Shown in pieces: positions 61,650 to 64,000 of a stretch of DNA of 64,000 nt. The position numbers and the translations under genes were made by a program. A model generated the notes under the pieces. The model was not told the origin of the DNA. It did not search any database and saw nothing but the letters and a program-made list of their open reading frames with translations. The stretch is taken from the NCBI GenBank assembly GCA_964516805.1, contig CAZEXI010000002.1, positions 3,321 to 67,320 of the forward strand. The letters are read 5' to 3'. How positions within the stretch are numbered: position 1 is the stretch's first letter; each line of letters opens with the position of its first letter. This stretch comes from an uncultured Thermoplasmata archaeon. GTDB taxonomy: Archaea > Thermoplasmatota > Thermoplasmata > Halarchaeoplasmatales > Halarchaeoplasmataceae.

Positions 61650-61949
61650 TTGATAACCATGTACGAAGTCTTTGTAGTAGATTCCGATAAAAAGGATGCC
61701 ATGAACGAAATCATATCTGATGATTTAATCAGTAGACAAACAACAAGTGTAAGAGATGGTAAAAGCTTAGGATTTAAGGAAGATGTATTCTATGCATTGA
61801 TAGAGGGTAGTGAAGAAGCTATAGAAAGAGCTACAGAATTATTTACTGAAGAAGATATAGAAAAAGCTGAAAATGCAGAAGAGGTAAAAGAAGCGATCAA
61901 AAAGGAAGACGAAGCTGCTGCACAGGGAATGGGCACAGTTTTCGGATGA
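61650..61949 (+). CDS. small acidic protein with ribosomal-P-stalk-like C-terminal tail (...EDEAAAQGMGTVFG)
   Basis: 99 aa; C-terminal acidic stretch ending in GMGTVFG. Confidence 0.4.
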   Translation: MITMYEVFVVDSDKKDAMNEIISDDLISRQTTSVRDGKSLGFKEDVFYALIEGSEEAIERATELFTEEDIEKAENAEEVKEAIKKEDEAAAQGMGTVFG

Positions 61950-61967
61950 AAATCCTTATCTCCAAAA

Positions 61968-62885
61968 CTAATCAGCTAGAATAGTTACCCTCATCCTTTC
62001 TTTTATTGACAACCCTTTTCTAACACCATACATTATTTTAGATTCTGGAACTTTTGATCCTATAGATTCTAATACATCCTTAATATCATATTTAGACGAG
62101 TTTTCTCCCCGAGTTATCAGAGCGATAACCTTGTCAAAATCCTTATTTTTTAACCATGGGGAGTTAAATGCTTCTCTAGAAGCTCTGATTCCTTTTTCTC
62201 TACCCTTACCATAACCAGCACCAATTCCAAACCCCTCCACATTGTTACAAAATCCTTTTAATCTGTCTAAATCTTCTTCTGTTATCAAATTATTAAGGTC
62301 TTCCACAGGGATGGAAATGATTTTATTCATGACAGAGAACGCTTTTTTTAGTGAAAGATGAGGGTTCATTTTAAGAAGGTTCTCGTTGCTAAAAGAAACA
62401 GATACATCTGTAATTTTTTTTATTTTTTTGTCGATCTTTCTGGAAAGTTCTCTCCTTGATGGGCTTTCAATTTGAAAAGGAGTGGCATATAATGCTACTG
62501 AGAATACAGAAGACTTTTTACATAGTTTAGAACAGATTGTTGAAACACCACTGCCCATACTGCCTCCCAGACCACATAAAATATAAAGTATATCATATTT
62601 TTTTATCTTTTTTTCTAAAATTTTTTCAGATCGAGTCTTATCCCTATAATCATCTGATATCTTTGTTGTTAGTATTTTCTCTATATCATTTCTAAATACC
62701 TTTATAGATGGAAAATTGTCTAAACGATTTTCTTCTCCAACTTCATAAATATCGATATTAGAAAATTTTTTATTTTCAAAAGAAGAAATTATATTTCTTC
62801 CAGCTCCCCCTATTCCAAAGGCAGCAGCTTTTGGTCTATTTTTTTCTTTCTCTTTAGCAGCCCCTAACTTTTGCATTTTCCTCAT
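61968..62885 (-). CDS. short divergent FtsZ/tubulin-superfamily GTPase (FtsZ-like)
   Basis: G-box AAFGIGGAGRNII; T4 CGLGGSMGSGV; C-terminal domain NSPWL...RVTILAD aligns to FtsZ; only 305 aa; T7 loop region (ITEEDLDRL) lacks the canonical NxDFxD. Confidence 0.7.
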   Translation of the reverse strand: MRKMQKLGAAKEKEKNRPKAAAFGIGGAGRNIISSFENKKFSNIDIYEVGEENRLDNFPSIKVFRNDIEKILTTKISDDYRDKTRSEKILEKKIKKYDILYILCGLGGSMGSGVSTICSKLCKKSSVFSVALYATPFQIESPSRRELSRKIDKKIKKITDVSVSFSNENLLKMNPHLSLKKAFSVMNKIISIPVEDLNNLITEEDLDRLKGFCNNVEGFGIGAGYGKGREKGIRASREAFNSPWLKNKDFDKVIALITRGENSSKYDIKDVLESIGSKVPESKIMYGVRKGLSIKERMRVTILAD

Positions 62886-62912
62886 CTAACTTCCCTGGTG
62901 GAATTATAGATT

Positions 62913-63317
62913 CTATAACTCCTCTTCAACGCATTCCATTATCATTTCTTTATCCCTTTTCTGGGCCCATAGACCAATAACTAAACCAACTACTGGGCCT
63001 TCAATTGATGCACTAAGTACACCAACACTGTCAGCCATATAGTTAGCAAATATCGGTGTGAAAATCAAACTGATCAATACTCCGAATATCCATCCAAAGG
63101 GCCAACCTAGAATTCTGCCAGAAAGGCTACCAGCTAAAGAACCTAAGATCAATGCTAGTCCCGTTCCTATCAATGCATCGCCAAAATTTCCTCCTTGTTC
63201 TTGACCTATAACTAAAGAGGCTATACCAAAAACAACTAAAATCATAACTGTGGCCCACATATATGTTTCTACTCGCCATTCTTTTCCAATACCTTTAATT
63301 ATGTCTCTGGCCTCCAT
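62913..63317 (-). CDS. small 4-TM membrane protein immediately upstream of the FtsZ-like gene
   Basis: 134 aa with Gly-rich TM helices. Confidence 0.45.
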   Translation of the reverse strand: MEARDIIKGIGKEWRVETYMWATVMILVVFGIASLVIGQEQGGNFGDALIGTGLALILGSLAGSLSGRILGWPFGWIFGVLISLIFTPIFANYMADSVGVLSASIEGPVVGLVIGLWAQKRDKEMIMECVEEEL

Positions 63318-63518
63318 TTTTTAATCTCCTATATTGAACTTTAACTTACTTCCTCATCTATAATCTTATTTTTATTTCTTTCGATAGTTTATTAAGTGAC
63401 ATCCACCTCTTTATGAACGTAGGGTTCTTTGCCCTATGTTAAAGATAAGACAAATTGAATGTGAAGAGAACAAAAAAGATAAATTTCAAGTATGACTTAT
63501 TATTGGATAATAAAGAAT

Positions 63519-64000
63519 ATGTCAAAAAAATTCAATGTTCCTATAATAATAATATTGGTCCTATCAATATTTATATCAGCCCCAATTCATTTAGAGTTAG
63601 ATGAAAGTATATCTACAAAATCATCTTTAGTTGAATTTGAAGCTAATAATCTTGAGCGATTCAATACAAGTTTAATTATCAAAAACAATACAAACTTTCA
63701 AGAAAAATCTCTTAAATATAATTGGACAGGAAATGGGACTGAAGATGATCCTTTTTTAATTTCAAACTATCATTTTAATATGGACCGAGTCCAAACTGGC
63801 ATTTACATCGAAAATACTGATGTGAATTTTGTTATCAAAAATTGCAATATTACTAATTCTAGCTGCGGTATAGTTCTTTCAGAAGTAGAAAATGCAACGA
63901 TCAAAAATAATCAATTCTACAATAACAATTGTGGTATCAGAATATTTAACTCTGATGAAAATGAGATCGAAAGTAATCTATTTCATAAAATCAAAACATA
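63519..64000 (+). CDS. secreted right-handed parallel beta-helix (PbH1 repeat) protein, 5' partial that runs off the window
   Basis: signal peptide MSKKFNVPIIIILVLSIFISAP; repeats NCNITNSSCGIVLSEVENATIKNNQFYNNNCGIRIF. Confidence 0.55.
   Translation, partial: MSKKFNVPIIIILVLSIFISAPIHLELDESISTKSSLVEFEANNLERFNTSLIIKNNTNFQEKSLKYNWTGNGTEDDPFLISNYHFNMDRVQTGIYIENTDVNFVIKNCNITNSSCGIVLSEVENATIKNNQFYNNNCGIRIFNSDENEIESNLFHKIKT

Overview
The window reads as an AT-rich archaeal chromosomal segment with dense coding on both strands and no transposases, CRISPR arrays or rRNA genes. The archaeal assignment rests on a TATA-box-binding protein, transcription factor S, the RFC small subunit, a PAC2-family proteasome-assembly chaperone with an LYG (HbYX-type) C-terminus, RNA 2'-phosphotransferase KptA, and a previously unlisted Sec61-beta/SecG gene. 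Two minus-strand tRNAs (tRNA-Arg-TCG and tRNA-Gln-CUG) have the archaeal A1 5' base / A73 discriminator pattern. Many proteins carry long acidic insertions. Lineage cannot be fixed from sequence alone; a fast-evolving DPANN-like or other AT-rich euryarchaeon is plausible. The remaining genes are mostly accessory. They include two TetR-controlled efflux modules (tetR-MATE at the left edge, TetR-ABC-2 at about 53.5-56.2 kb) with related palindromic operators, a MacB/FtsX-type ABC exporter, a P2-type Ca-ATPase, a K+ channel with an RCK domain, a solute:sodium symporter with a small DUF4212-like subunit, an MFS transporter, and several signal-peptide surface glycoproteins with C-terminal TM anchors (PQQ beta-propeller, beta-helix). 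A bacterial-type queA-tgt (queuosine) operon and a cold-shock protein gene sit in this archaeal context. There is a sulfur-trafficking cluster: a class-V cysteine desulfurase, split YeeE/YedE transporter genes, a thioredoxin-like ORF, and a C_GCAxxG_C_C family protein close by. Other notable items are a short divergent FtsZ homolog downstream of a small membrane protein, a 1086-aa GNAT-fusion protein with no recognisable C-terminal domain, and several Cys-motif proteins. Both leaderless (TATA about 27 nt upstream of ATG) and Shine-Dalgarno-led (AGGAGG) starts occur.
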